Origin: an uncultured Phycisphaerales bacterium
Lineage (GTDB): Bacteria > Planctomycetota > Phycisphaerae > Tepidisphaerales > Tepidisphaeraceae
DNA: 64,000 bases
Reading direction: 5' to 3'
NCBI GenBank assembly: GCA_963844715.1
Contig: CAWJPJ010000004.1
Coordinates: 192,001 to 256,000, forward strand
Positions 20,656-31,363 of this stretch are shown piece after piece. The notes under the pieces were generated by a model that was given only the letters and a program-made list of their open reading frames with translations, ran no database searches and was not told the DNA's origin. Positions within the stretch are counted from its first letter, which is position 1. Every line of letters starts with the position of its first letter. Both the position numbers and the translations under genes were made by a program.

Positions 20656-21232
20656 ATGGTCTTTTTCATTCCCGGCCGGCGGGCGAAACGGATGGGGGTG
20701 GACGCGATGCAGGTCGGCCTCGTCGGGCAGACCTTTGGCGTCCTGATGATCCTGTTCAGTTATGACGCCAATACCGTTCCCGGTCTGGCTTGGGGCGGCA
20801 AGATCCTGGCGGTTCTGGGCACGTGCGTCCTGGTCGCCGGATGCAGGCGCTTCGCTCAATTTCGGCGGCGAAGCCCGTGGTGGGGAATTCTGGGATTCTT
20901 CAATATCGCGGGCGTGCTTGGCTTGCTCCTTATCCCGCGAGGCAGATCTACCGTCGGGTTTGATCTGATGGGGGAAGACCCACGCCGCGACGTTTGGAAA
21001 ATGGAGGTGCACGTCCAACTGCAAGATTTGCGTGAACCGGTTCTGCTGCATCTGCCGCGCGGGGCGAGCGTGGATGCGGCAATTCGGTCGCTCTCCCTGG
21101 CCCTGCCGCACCTGGAAGAGGGCCTGCGCAACGCGAAATTTCTAATTAACGGCAAGCCGGCGACAGCGCAGCGACGATCTGGCCGACCAGGATAAGCTCG
21201 AAATTGCAACTTCGGACCTGGACGGCGCATAG
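20656..21232 (+). CDS. membrane protein with putative C-terminal MoaD/ThiS-like beta-grasp domain (frameshift near 21170)
   Basis: Three hydrophobic segments, then MEVHVQL..LHLPRGASV..FLING and, in another frame, DLADQDKLEIATSDLDGA*. Confidence 0.55.
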
Positions 21233-21360
21233 AATAGGTCAGGGCGTTTGCGGGGTTACCGCCCTTGACATCGGGTTCAGGGATCAGGACTCTATTCTGC
21301 CCGGAATCGTGAAGCGGGGGGTTAAGGCGGAGATGTAAGTAGGTTGCTCGAGGACCGCGC

Positions 21361-22312
21361 GTGATTGAAGTTCGAAATCTCAGCAAAATATACGGCCAGA
21401 CCTTGGCCGTGGATAATGTCTCCTTCACTGTCTCGAAGGGCCAGATCGTGGGGTTCCTGGGCCCCAACGGCGCGGGGAAATCGACCACGCTCAAAATGCT
21501 GACCTGCTATATCCCGCCGACCAGCGGGGGTGCTACGGTCAACGGGTTTGACATTTTCCATCAGTCGGAACAAGTCCGCGCCACGCTGGGATACCTGCCG
21601 GAAAATGTGCCGCTTTATGGTGAAATGAAGGTTCGCGATTATCTCGATTTCCGGGGCCGGCTGCGAAAAATGGAACGTGGCGTGCGGCGCTCGCGCATCG
21701 ATTACGTCATCGATCGCTGCTGGCTCACGGCGATGCAGCACAAAGCCATCGGGCATCTTTCCAAGGGTTATCGGCAGCGGGTGGGCCTGGCGGATTCGCT
21801 CCTGCACGACCCGCCGGTGCTGATTCTTGACGAGCCGACGGTCGGCCTGGACCCCGCGCAAATCCGCGAGACGCGAAAACTCATTCGCGAGCTGGGCGGG
21901 CAGCACACGGTTATTCTTTCCACGCACATTTTGCCGGAAGTCGAAGCGACCTGCGACCGGGCGATGGTGATTGCCCTGGGCCGCATCGTGGCCCAGGGAA
22001 CGCCGGATGAGCTGCGCGCCAGCCGAAGGTTGACGGCCCGGGTTCTGGTCGAATGCCGGGGCCCGCGAGGAAATCACCGCGGCTCTTTCGGCCTTACCGG
22101 GCGTGAGTCAGGTCGAAATTCTCAATGGTCAAACCGACGGCGTCGTTACCGCCGCCCTCAGCGCCAAGGAGGGGAATGACGTGCGCGAAGCCGCTGCCAA
22201 AGCGGTTCTCGATCACGGCTGGGGTTTGCGCGAAATGCGCCTGGAACGCGCGACGCTCGAGGAATTCTTCGTACAAGTGACCGCCGATCAGGCGGCGGGG
22301 CGTTTGCAATAA
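21361..22312 (+). CDS. ABC transporter ATP-binding protein, GldA-like (frameshift near 22065)
   Basis: GPNGAGKST, LSKGYRQR, ILDEPT and LEEFF. Confidence 0.9.
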
Positions 22313-22317
22313 TTCTT

Positions 22318-23037
22318 ATGACGCGTTCACTCACCATCGCTCGCCGGGAACTCAGCAGCTACTTCTGCTCGCCGATCGCTTATGTCGTCATGGCGGTTTT
22401 TCTGCTGACTTGCGGATTCCTGTTCTGGGACGATTTTCAGCCCGGACAGATCGCCGGGATGCGGAATCTGTTTGACTGGATGGTCTGGATGCTCGTCTGG
22501 GCGGTCCCGGTCATTTCCATGGGCCTCCTCGCCCAGGAATGGGCCACCGGCACGATCGAGACTTTGATGACCGTCCCGATCAACGAAACGGACGTGGTCC
22601 TGGGCAAATTCCTCGGGTCGTTCGGATTTTTCGCGGTATTGCTCCTTCCGACGCTGCTTTATGTTGAGGTTTTGTCCCTTTTTTCCATCCCCGGGATCGA
22701 TCTTGGGCCGATTGTGAGCGGTTATCTGGGCATCATTCTCGTCGGGGCGCTCTTTATCGCGATCGGTTTGTTCTGCTCGTCGCTGACCAAGAGCCAGGTC
22801 GTTGCCGCCGTCGCGGCGGCCGCGGTTTTGTTCATCATTACCATCGCCCCCTGGTGGGTCAGCGGGAAGATCCTTTCCGATTTCTGGATTCGGGTCGTCA
22901 ATCAGACGGTCTATAAGCGTTACACGGATTTCTCGCGCGGCGTGATCGACTCGGGGAACCTTGTCTTTTTCGTGGCGACGACCGCGGTGTTCCTGTTCCT
23001 GACCATCAAGGTTCTAGAATTGCGCAGGTGGAAATAA
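22318..23037 (+). CDS. ABC-2 permease, GldF-like
   Basis: RRELSSYF.SPIAY, GTIETLMT.P and GKFL. Confidence 0.9.
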   Translation: MTRSLTIARRELSSYFCSPIAYVVMAVFLLTCGFLFWDDFQPGQIAGMRNLFDWMVWMLVWAVPVISMGLLAQEWATGTIETLMTVPINETDVVLGKFLGSFGFFAVLLLPTLLYVEVLSLFSIPGIDLGPIVSGYLGIILVGALFIAIGLFCSSLTKSQVVAAVAAAAVLFIITIAPWWVSGKILSDFWIRVVNQTVYKRYTDFSRGVIDSGNLVFFVATTAVFLFLTIKVLELRRWK

Positions 23038-23048
23038 TCGTGAGCGAG

Positions 23049-25187
23049 ATGCCCAAACAATTCGTGCCGACGTCGCAGGGCCGCCGCTGGATCAAATACG
23101 GCGCCAACGTGGTGATCTCGAGCGTGGTGGTCATCGCCCTGGCGGTCGTGGCCACCGCGATCGCGCAAACTCATGCCCGGCGTATCGACACCACCATCGG
23201 CGCTTCCCAGAGCCTGCGCCCGCAAACGCTCAATTACATCCAAAACGACTTGCATTCCGACGTGCACATCGTCGCGCTCTATCCCAAGCTGAAGAGCGAA
23301 TCGCACGAGCAGGATTTTTATCAGCCGGTCGCGGATCTTTTGAACGATTATGCCACCAAGGGTCGGCACATCACGGTCGAGATGCTCGATCCGGACACCC
23401 AAAAGGATCAGGTGAACGATCTGATCAACGATGTGACCCGGCGATTTGGCGGCGAGGTCAAGGGATACAAGGATGTGCTGGCCGATCTGCCCGCCCAGAG
23501 CGACATCCTGAATAAATTCGCGAACAATGAAGCTGCGCTCTTTCGCAAGCTTCCGGGCGATCAGGTGCACGACTCGAATCTCCAGCAGGCTCTTTACGTG
23601 GCTTACCCGTCGCTGACGGCTATCCCCAAGGCGCTGAGCGATCTGAGCCACATTGTGGATGCCGATGTCAATCAGCAGGTTCCCAGTTACAAGCGGGCGA
23701 TTGGGGAAGTGCGCGATACTTACTCGAGCATCTCGCAGGTCCTGGACCTGTTCACGGGGATGCTCGATCAGGTCAAAGTGGCGCCGGCGGTTCCCAAGGA
23801 GATCCTCGACTACATTCCCGGCGCCGAGGCCCGTGCCGCGGATGCCAAAAAGGTCGCCCAGGCGATGCTCGATCGGATTGGCAAGCTGCCGGAGTTGAAG
23901 GAACTGGACGATTTCCGCGATCAGCTCCGCAGCAAGTCGATCATCATCACGACCGATTCGGGATATAAAATCCTGCAGTTCGACCAGGTCTGGAAGCTGC
24001 CCGAAGGAAGCATTTTTGCCGCCGCCGATTCGGACGTTCCGCCGCGATTGATCTTTTCCGGGGAGCAGCAGATCAGCTCCGCGATTTTGGCGCTCACGTC
24101 CCACAAGCCGATGGTGATATTCGTTCGTCCCGGCGGACCGACGATTACCTCAAGCATGAACGGCAGCCCGGCGATGTTCAGCTCGGTTGCCGATCGTCTT
24201 CGCGACTACAACTTCGAGGTCCGCGAGGATGACGCGACCGGGAAGTCGGCGATGATCGGCACCAATCCGACCCTCGAAGAGATGAAAGAGGCGGTCTGGG
24301 TGATCGTGCGCGATCCGCGCAATCCGGCGTCCGAATCGGAAGCGCCCATCAATGCGTTGCTACTGAAGCACCTGCAGGAGGGAGGGTCCGCGATCCTGCT
24401 GCTCTTCCCCACGACCGACCCCACGTCGGCGGCGCTCAATTATATGGGGCTGGGTGTGAACACCGACGACGTCATCGTTCACGAAGCGCTCGCCTCGACG
24501 GGCCGGCGAAGCAACGACATGGTCGATTCCGCCATGCAAAGCAGCCAATTGTTTTACCTGTTGAACCATTACGGCGATCACCCGATCGCCCGGCCGCTGG
24601 AAGGATTGCCTTTTCTCAATGCGGCATCGTGCCCGATTTCCATTCTTTCGGACACTTCGCCGGGCGTAAAGGTGACGGGTCTTTTGCCGATTCCGCAAAC
24701 GCCGCATTACTGGGCCGCCTCGGGGGCCATGACCCTTTTGCAACCGCAGGCGCAGGCGTTGAACTTTAACCCCGAGCCTGATCCCGCCAACGGCCGGGAC
24801 ACGGGCGATATCGACAACACGCCCGAACATCCGCTTTATGGGGCGGCCGCGTCGGAGAACAAATCGGGCGCGCGTCTGGTGGTGGTCGGCAGCTACTGGT
24901 TCGCCAGTTCCGAGCCGGTCGATCTTCCCGATGTCGATATGCTGGAAAAGCATGGCGTCACCATCACCCGCCTGCCCGGAAACGGGGAATTCTTCGTCGA
25001 CTCGATCTTCTGGCTGAGCCACATGGACGACATGCTGGTCATCAGCCCGCATGCGTTGCAGGTGGCGCGCATCGGGGATATGTCGAACGGACAATTGCGA
25101 TTCTGGCGTCTGGGCGTTTTAACCGCCGGGCTACCGCTGGCGGTGATTGTGGCGGGTTTGATGGTTTATGTTCGCCGCCGCGATTAA
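23049..25187 (+). CDS. GldG-like ABC auxiliary protein with large helical insertion
   Basis: N- and C-terminal TM, SLRPQT, FSGEQQISSAI, RLVVVG and terminal VRRRD. Confidence 0.75.
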   Translation: MPKQFVPTSQGRRWIKYGANVVISSVVVIALAVVATAIAQTHARRIDTTIGASQSLRPQTLNYIQNDLHSDVHIVALYPKLKSESHEQDFYQPVADLLNDYATKGRHITVEMLDPDTQKDQVNDLINDVTRRFGGEVKGYKDVLADLPAQSDILNKFANNEAALFRKLPGDQVHDSNLQQALYVAYPSLTAIPKALSDLSHIVDADVNQQVPSYKRAIGEVRDTYSSISQVLDLFTGMLDQVKVAPAVPKEILDYIPGAEARAADAKKVAQAMLDRIGKLPELKELDDFRDQLRSKSIIITTDSGYKILQFDQVWKLPEGSIFAAADSDVPPRLIFSGEQQISSAILALTSHKPMVIFVRPGGPTITSSMNGSPAMFSSVADRLRDYNFEVREDDATGKSAMIGTNPTLEEMKEAVWVIVRDPRNPASESEAPINALLLKHLQEGGSAILLLFPTTDPTSAALNYMGLGVNTDDVIVHEALASTGRRSNDMVDSAMQSSQLFYLLNHYGDHPIARPLEGLPFLNAASCPISILSDTSPGVKVTGLLPIPQTPHYWAASGAMTLLQPQAQALNFNPEPDPANGRDTGDIDNTPEHPLYGAAASENKSGARLVVVGSYWFASSEPVDLPDVDMLEKHGVTITRLPGNGEFFVDSIFWLSHMDDMLVISPHALQVARIGDMSNGQLRFWRLGVLTAGLPLAVIVAGLMVYVRRRD

Positions 25188-25229
25188 GTAGAGGGCATCA
25201 ATTTCAGCCGCCGATTGGCGGTTTTCCGA

Positions 25230-26687
25230 ATGAACTTCAAAACCACGGGCATTCTCATTCTGGCGCTGGTCGGGCTTCTTGGCTACTATTTTTGGAGCCA
25301 GGCGGGCGTCAAGCCCGTGACTATTCCGGTCACTCAAGGCATCTCCGCGGTCGGGGAAGGGAGGGTGCTCTTTCCCTTCAACGCGCTGAACGTCGATCGC
25401 ATTTCGATCCTCCCGCGCGACGGGAAGCGGACCACGATCGAGCGAGTCCACAACATCTGGACGATGACTGAGCCGGTCCAGGCGCCCGCGGCTGAACAGC
25501 CGGCCCTCGCCATGGTGGATGCTCTGTTGCAGCTTCGCTCGCGCGGACAGCCGGAAAGCGATCCCGGAACGGGCAGCGGTCTGGCCAATCCCCTCTATCG
25601 CGTGGAAATTCATACCAACGACGGGAAGACCTCGACCCTGGTCATTGGCGATAAAGCGGGCATGGGTGATCTGCTCTACGCGCAAGTCGATGGCGGGGAG
25701 ATCGATCTGATCGACGGGACAACCGCCACCGCGCTCGATGAGGCGGAAACCGGACTGCGCGACCCGCATCTGCTCCGTTTCAATCGCGAGGCGATCAGGC
25801 AAATTGAACTTGACAGAGACGACTTGCACTTGGTTTTGGGAGATTTCGGCGGCCAGTGGAAAATCGTGCGGCCGCAGAACCTACCGGCGGATGAGGACAC
25901 CGTACAGAATATGCTGGCCAATATTGGCGACGTCTCGGCTACGGAATTTGTCGATCCGGGTTCGGATGAATTGGCTTACGCGCGGTTCGATCATCCGATG
26001 ATGGTGCTGCGGCTCAGCACGCGGCCGCCCGCGACGCAGCCGGCGACGGCGCCTTCGGACCTGGTTCTGACGTTCGGCGCGCCCGACAGCCTGGTGAAGG
26101 ATCACTACTTCGTGCGGACGGGGGATGGGGTATTCGCCAAGGTGAGCAGCACCGTGGTCGACGGCCTTGCCGGCACGACTGTTCTTGCCATGCGCGACCG
26201 CCGGCTTGCGTCGATTGCGCCGGACAGCGTGACCGATATACGAATCACGACCTCTACGTACCCCGTTTCCGAACCCGGATCGGCGCAGCCTGTATCCTCG
26301 GCGCCGATCGAGCAAGTGGTGACGGAACTGCGTCGCTCCGCCATGCCTGCACAGGGGCCGAGCACTCATCCATCCCGTCCGTTCGCGGAATGGCAATTTG
26401 TGACCCAGCCGGCCGGTCCTGTCGATGTGAGCAAAGTGGAGGCGTTTCTCGCGGCGTTTCAGCCGCTCCGGGCCGAGAATTTCATCGATGCCGCCACGGG
26501 GCCGCTGCTGAAGAAGTATTCGATCGTGCTGACGACTTCGTCGCGGCAATTTCAACTCGACGTTGAAATGCGTTCGGGGAGCGATCAAGCCGATGCGACT
26601 TTTAATGGGCTGGTGTTCCTGGTTTCCGGGGAATTGCAGGATGCTTTGATGGGGGACTTTCATCAGATGCCGGGCGAGATGCAATGA
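25230..26687 (+). CDS. DUF4340 domain protein
   Basis: MNFKTT-TM start, repeated W....P...PA(D) and LRD motifs; follows GldG-like gene. Confidence 0.8.
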   Translation: MNFKTTGILILALVGLLGYYFWSQAGVKPVTIPVTQGISAVGEGRVLFPFNALNVDRISILPRDGKRTTIERVHNIWTMTEPVQAPAAEQPALAMVDALLQLRSRGQPESDPGTGSGLANPLYRVEIHTNDGKTSTLVIGDKAGMGDLLYAQVDGGEIDLIDGTTATALDEAETGLRDPHLLRFNREAIRQIELDRDDLHLVLGDFGGQWKIVRPQNLPADEDTVQNMLANIGDVSATEFVDPGSDELAYARFDHPMMVLRLSTRPPATQPATAPSDLVLTFGAPDSLVKDHYFVRTGDGVFAKVSSTVVDGLAGTTVLAMRDRRLASIAPDSVTDIRITTSTYPVSEPGSAQPVSSAPIEQVVTELRRSAMPAQGPSTHPSRPFAEWQFVTQPAGPVDVSKVEAFLAAFQPLRAENFIDAATGPLLKKYSIVLTTSSRQFQLDVEMRSGSDQADATFNGLVFLVSGELQDALMGDFHQMPGEMQ

Positions 26688-27085
26688 AGCGATCGCTCGC
26701 CAAGCTCGGCAGCCGCACGATCCTGACGGAGAGGCAGATCGCGTCGCCGCGCTCGATTCTCGAATCTTTTCCTAATCCGAAGCCGGGGCGGAATTACGAG
26801 ATAAAGTTTGTTTTTCCGGAATTTACCAGCGTTTGCCCCGTGACGGGACAGCCGGATTTTGCGACCATTACGATCGTTTATGTTCCCCGGCGCCTTTGCG
26901 TGGAAATGAAGAGCCTGAAGCTCTATTTCTTTGCGTATCGGAACAAGGGAATTTTTTATGAGGCGGCGGTGAACGGGATTCTCGACGACCTGGTTGTGGT
27001 ACTGAGGCCGAAGTCGATGACGGTGGTCGGGCAGTTCGCCGTGCGCGGCGGGACCGCCGGGACGATCACGGCAAGCTATCCTTAA
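26684..27085 (+). CDS. queF: preQ1 synthase (7-cyano-7-deazaguanine reductase)
   Basis: PEFTSVCPVTGQPDF, EMKSLKLY and VRGG. Confidence 0.93.
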   Translation: MKRSLAKLGSRTILTERQIASPRSILESFPNPKPGRNYEIKFVFPEFTSVCPVTGQPDFATITIVYVPRRLCVEMKSLKLYFFAYRNKGIFYEAAVNGILDDLVVVLRPKSMTVVGQFAVRGGTAGTITASYP

Positions 27086-27097
27086 GGACGGGAGATC

Positions 27098-28252
27098 ATG
27101 ACACAATCGCTTCCACCGGGGCAAGGTCCGGTCGATCCGCGCGGCGCTTTGGGAATGCCGCCGCCCCCGGGCGGCGGCCCCAGCGTGCCGCGGCCGCCGT
27201 GGTTGCCGGGGGCGCCGCCTCCGGGATATATGCCGATGATGCCGCCGCCTGCGCCATTGCGCGGCGGGCTGGGGCGCTGGGTCCTCATCCTCTTTCTCTT
27301 CATCGCGCTGGTTATCTCCCTGCTGTTCAATTTCGCCGAGCTTGGCAGCGCCCTGGGCGTTGGGAATGTCAGGGAAACGACCCTTATCGCCGGCGACTCG
27401 CAAACCAAAGTCGCGGTTGTTCCCATCGACGGGCTGATCCTCGGCGCATCCGCCGATTCGCTGGACCAGGTGCTGCGCTACGTTGAAAAAGACTCGACTG
27501 TTAAGGCCCTGGTTCTGGACATCAATACTCCAGGCGGGGACGCAGCGGCTTCGGATGAGATGTATCATCGCGTGCTTCAGTTCAAGCAAACCGAGAAAGA
27601 CGCGGGGCGGAACGTGCCGGTCGTTGTCGCGATGCAGGGGATGGCCACCAGCGGGGGGTACTACGTTTCCTGCGCGGGCGATTATCTGATTGCCGAGCCT
27701 ATCTGTCTGACGGGAAACATCGGCGTGCTGCTACCGGCCTTCAATGTCAGCAAGCTGGTGGACGAACACGGGATCGAGGAGACGACTCTTGTCGCGACGA
27801 CTACGGGGCATTCGTTTAAGAACGCCGGGTCGATGTTCAAGCCGGTCAACGCTGAGGATGAGGCTTATCTTCAGGGGATTGTCGATGGGCTGTTCGCACA
27901 GTTTAAAAACGCCGTGGAAACCGGCCGGGCTGGAAAACTCAAGGACACCGAGGGTGACATCTTCAGCGGCAAGGCCTTCATCGCCCAGGACGCGAAGACG
28001 CGCGGGCTGATCGACCAGATCGATTACCCGGAGAAGGCGTATGACTACGCGGCGCAGCTCGCCGGCGTGACCAATAAAGAGGTCGTGCAATACACGCCGC
28101 GGGTTTCTTTGTTGGATATGTTCGACAGTAAATCGACGCTGCCGGCGGGGAAGGCGGTGGGGACTATTTCGTCGACCGGCGTCACGATCGATTCGAAATC
28201 GCTGATCGACTTGATCTGCGCTCGTCCGCTCATGCTTTGGCGGGCGAATTAA
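27098..28252 (+). CDS. sppA: signal peptide peptidase SppA (S49) with Pro-rich N-terminus
   Basis: INTPGG, ATSGGYYVS, TGNIGV and GLIDQI. Confidence 0.9.
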   Translation: MTQSLPPGQGPVDPRGALGMPPPPGGGPSVPRPPWLPGAPPPGYMPMMPPPAPLRGGLGRWVLILFLFIALVISLLFNFAELGSALGVGNVRETTLIAGDSQTKVAVVPIDGLILGASADSLDQVLRYVEKDSTVKALVLDINTPGGDAAASDEMYHRVLQFKQTEKDAGRNVPVVVAMQGMATSGGYYVSCAGDYLIAEPICLTGNIGVLLPAFNVSKLVDEHGIEETTLVATTTGHSFKNAGSMFKPVNAEDEAYLQGIVDGLFAQFKNAVETGRAGKLKDTEGDIFSGKAFIAQDAKTRGLIDQIDYPEKAYDYAAQLAGVTNKEVVQYTPRVSLLDMFDSKSTLPAGKAVGTISSTGVTIDSKSLIDLICARPLMLWRAN

Positions 28253-28261
28253 TATCGGCGC

Positions 28262-28292
28262 AAAAAAAATCCCGGGAAGCAAGCTTCCCGGG
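28262..28292 (-). terminator. intrinsic terminator
   Basis: Stem CCCGGGAAGC/GCTTCCCGGG with an A8 tract on + (U-tract on -), between convergent genes. Confidence 0.75.
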
Positions 28293-28316
28293 CTTCGCTG
28301 AAAGCGATGGGGCTGC

Positions 28317-28853
28317 TTACATCACCAAGATTCCTGAGCGAATCAGATGGGCCAGGCGGGTGCGCTGCTCTGGATTGAGCATGGCGTGCATCTGTTCCAG
28401 GGCGTGGACGACCGTGGCGCCGAGCTTCTGATTGCTCTGCACGCGCCGGTCGCGGGCGGAGGCGGCTTTGGCGGCGTCGAACTGATCGCCGGCAAAGGCG
28501 TCGGCGAATTCGCCGAGCGTGCGGCGTTCATCGACGGCGGATTCGGCGCGCTCGGTTTTCAACTCGCCGAGGATTTTGCCCAGTTCGACGATCTGGTTCT
28601 CGTCGAGCTGAAGTTTTTCGGCCAGAAACCGCAGGGGGCGGCGGACGCCGAAACTTCCGCCGGGGCCGAAATTCTCCTCGCCGGGAAACGGCGGCATAAA
28701 ACCTCCCCAGGCAAAATTGCCGGGAAATGAAAGGGACTCGCGTGGATCGAAGTCGGAACGGGCGCGGCGACGAGCCGCAAAGGCGTGACACATATGAACT
28801 CCTTCTCGCCGGGGGGAAATTCCGCCGGCGGGGAAAATGGGCGTGGGCGACAT
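28317..28853 (-). CDS. Spy/CpxP-like helical protein
   Basis: LAEKLQLDENQ and HAMLNPEQR motifs. Confidence 0.7.
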   Translation of the reverse strand: MSPTPIFPAGGISPRREGVHMCHAFAARRRARSDFDPRESLSFPGNFAWGGFMPPFPGEENFGPGGSFGVRRPLRFLAEKLQLDENQIVELGKILGELKTERAESAVDERRTLGEFADAFAGDQFDAAKAASARDRRVQSNQKLGATVVHALEQMHAMLNPEQRTRLAHLIRSGILVM

Positions 28854-29083
28854 GCCTCACGCGATGGGTGATGGTAGGCAGCCGGGGACGGAATTACAAT
28901 TTTCTGCAAGATCGGATTAAATTTGAAAAAATGCCACCCCCATTTTGTCGCGGCTTGAATTGCAAATGGATGGGATTTCCGGCGAGGTCTTGGCGGAGCC
29001 TGGAGTTGCGGGGGTTGTTGGATGTTTAATATATTCTGCTCGGATTGCCCGAGTCGCCTGGATTGGCGGAAGACGAGGCGTAA

Positions 29084-30298
29084 ATGGGAGTATTTCGAGC
29101 GGGGATAATAATTCCGGGGATTATTTATTTTTGGATTCGGGTTTATTCGCGCCGGCCCGATTTCGACGGTCCGTGGTTGAACCGGACCGTCACGCGCCTG
29201 CTGCTTGTATTGACGGGATCTTCCTGTTTGCTGGTCTCCGCCGGTTGCGCCGTCCACAGCGAGACAAAGCCAAGTGGGAGTTATCCCACGTCAAAGGCGC
29301 CTGACGATTGGATTGCCGTCGGTTTACCAGACGATGTCGGCATGGACTCGCTGAAACTCGATGGGCTAATTCAGAAAACTCAGCGCGGCGACTTCAAGAA
29401 TATTCACAGCATTCTTGTCATTAAAGACGGCAAGCTGGTCGTTGAGCAATACTTCAACGGGTTTCATCGCGGCGATCTGGAGACGCTTCGATCGGCGACC
29501 AAGAGCATCACTTCGATTCTGGTTGGAATCGCGATCGACAAGGGGCTTATCTCAAGTGTCAATGAGCGCATCGAGAGATTTTTTCCCGAGTACGCCCAAT
29601 CCTGGGACGAGCGTAAACGCCCCATAACCGTCAGGGATTTGCTCACTATGACGGCAGGATTCGATTGGGACCAGTCCTCGCTCGCCAATCCGGGTGATCC
29701 GAGCAACCATGGGTCCGAAAGTGAGATGGAGCGCAGCGACGACATGATCAAATTCGTCCTGCAACGCCCCATGCGCGATATTCCGGGTACGAGATTCGAA
29801 TACAACAGCGGCGCCACGATTCTTCTGGCCGGAATCCTTCAGAAATCGTCCGGGATGCAAGTCGATGAGTTTGCCCGGCGGAATCTATTTGCGCCGTTGG
29901 GTATCGAGCGAGTGGACTGGTGGCGGCAAAAACGCGATGGAATGCCGCTCACGCATGCGGGGCTTTTTCTTCGCCCCATAGACATGGCCAAAATCGGCTA
30001 TTTGGTTCTCAACGACGGGAAATGGAACGGGCGGCAGATTGTTTCCGAGCAATGGATTTCCCAGTCCACGGCTCCGTCGCTCAATCCCCGTTACGGATAC
30101 CAATGGTGGCTTGACTCTTTTCGCGCGCGTGGGAATGGCGTCAAATCAATCCAGGCGGAGGGAAATGGAGGCGAATACATTTTCATCCTCCGCAAGTTGA
30201 ACATGGTGGTGGTTATAACTGGAGCAAATTTCGATTCGGAGTTGGGAAAGCAGCCCTTTAAGATGTTGACTCACTACATACTGGCCAGCGTTCGTTAG
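29084..30298 (+). CDS. serine hydrolase, beta-lactamase class C-like
   Basis: SATKS (SxxK), LLTMTAG, FEYNS and YGYQWW; start uncertain. Confidence 0.88.
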   Translation: MGVFRAGIIIPGIIYFWIRVYSRRPDFDGPWLNRTVTRLLLVLTGSSCLLVSAGCAVHSETKPSGSYPTSKAPDDWIAVGLPDDVGMDSLKLDGLIQKTQRGDFKNIHSILVIKDGKLVVEQYFNGFHRGDLETLRSATKSITSILVGIAIDKGLISSVNERIERFFPEYAQSWDERKRPITVRDLLTMTAGFDWDQSSLANPGDPSNHGSESEMERSDDMIKFVLQRPMRDIPGTRFEYNSGATILLAGILQKSSGMQVDEFARRNLFAPLGIERVDWWRQKRDGMPLTHAGLFLRPIDMAKIGYLVLNDGKWNGRQIVSEQWISQSTAPSLNPRYGYQWWLDSFRARGNGVKSIQAEGNGGEYIFILRKLNMVVVITGANFDSELGKQPFKMLTHYILASVR

Positions 30299-30350
30299 CT
30301 GAGCCCGTGACGATCGGTGATATCCTGTCGACGGGTCCGTGGGATCGAGG

Positions 30351-31202
30351 CTATTCCTTGGCCCCTTGCCCGCGGAGGAAATCCGCCAGCTTAGTCCGGC
30401 CGGTTTTGATGGCGACCCCGAGCGGCGTCATTCCGTTTTTCGGCTCGCGGGCATTGAGGTCCGCGCCGCGCTCGATCAATTGGCGGCTGTGGGCGATTCT
30501 TTCCTCCTCGGTGGGGCTCCAATCGCGGCCGTAGTCGGCGGCGACGTGGAGGAGGGTTTCGCCGGAGGGGCCGATGGTTTTTGGATCGACGCCCCATTCC
30601 AGAAGCATGCGGCCCATGTGTTGGAATCGGGTGCGGTCGAAGGCGTCGTCGATGCCCTGGCCGTGCATGCCCCAGCGGTGGACGAGGCGCCATTGGAAGA
30701 TCGTGCCGCGTATCAGGACGAAGCCGTCTTCCTTCGGGCTAATCAGTTTGTTCCGGTCGAGGTTCTCGCGGAGCATGTCGACGTTGCCAGAACGCACGGA
30801 GTCGTTGGCGTATTCACGCCAGCGCTGCGGCTCGCGATGGAGGATTTCGTGAATGGCGGCGTAATTATTGGTGAAGCAGAATCCGATCAACAGATCGGCC
30901 TTGGCGCCGTGGCGATAGAGCAGGTCGGCGGTCGCCAATCGGCCGGAGAGGAGGGCGAAGGTGAGGGCGGTGGTGCCGCCATTCTCGCCGGTATCCAGGC
31001 GAGCGCCGGCGATGGCGAGGGCTTCGACGACGCCGAGGTGGCCGTTTTGGGCGGCGGCGTCGAGGGCGGATCGCTGGGATTCGAGTGATTTGTCGCCGCC
31101 GACGGCGCTGGGATCGGCGCCGGCGGTGAGGAGTTCGCGGACGCGGCGGAGATTGCCGATTTCGCTGGCGCTGACGAGTTGGTCGTCGAGATTGGGGGGC
31201 AT
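30351..31202 (-). CDS. ankyrin repeat protein
   Basis: SALDAAA.NGH, TALTFA, GETLLHVAA and GMTPL. Confidence 0.88.
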   Translation of the reverse strand: MPPNLDDQLVSASEIGNLRRVRELLTAGADPSAVGGDKSLESQRSALDAAAQNGHLGVVEALAIAGARLDTGENGGTTALTFALLSGRLATADLLYRHGAKADLLIGFCFTNNYAAIHEILHREPQRWREYANDSVRSGNVDMLRENLDRNKLISPKEDGFVLIRGTIFQWRLVHRWGMHGQGIDDAFDRTRFQHMGRMLLEWGVDPKTIGPSGETLLHVAADYGRDWSPTEEERIAHSRQLIERGADLNAREPKNGMTPLGVAIKTGRTKLADFLRGQGAKE

Positions 31203-31363
31203 GGGGAGACCTCAGCAGAAAAATGGGAACGGACCCGTGCGGGGCATGGTACTAAACGCGAATGAGCAGGGGAATCTTTATAATTGGCCTGCTTTTCTGC
31301 GAAGCCCATAGAGCGCGGGTATCCGGTTCTTCAAAGCAGCGGCTTATGGGCTATAATGTGGTC

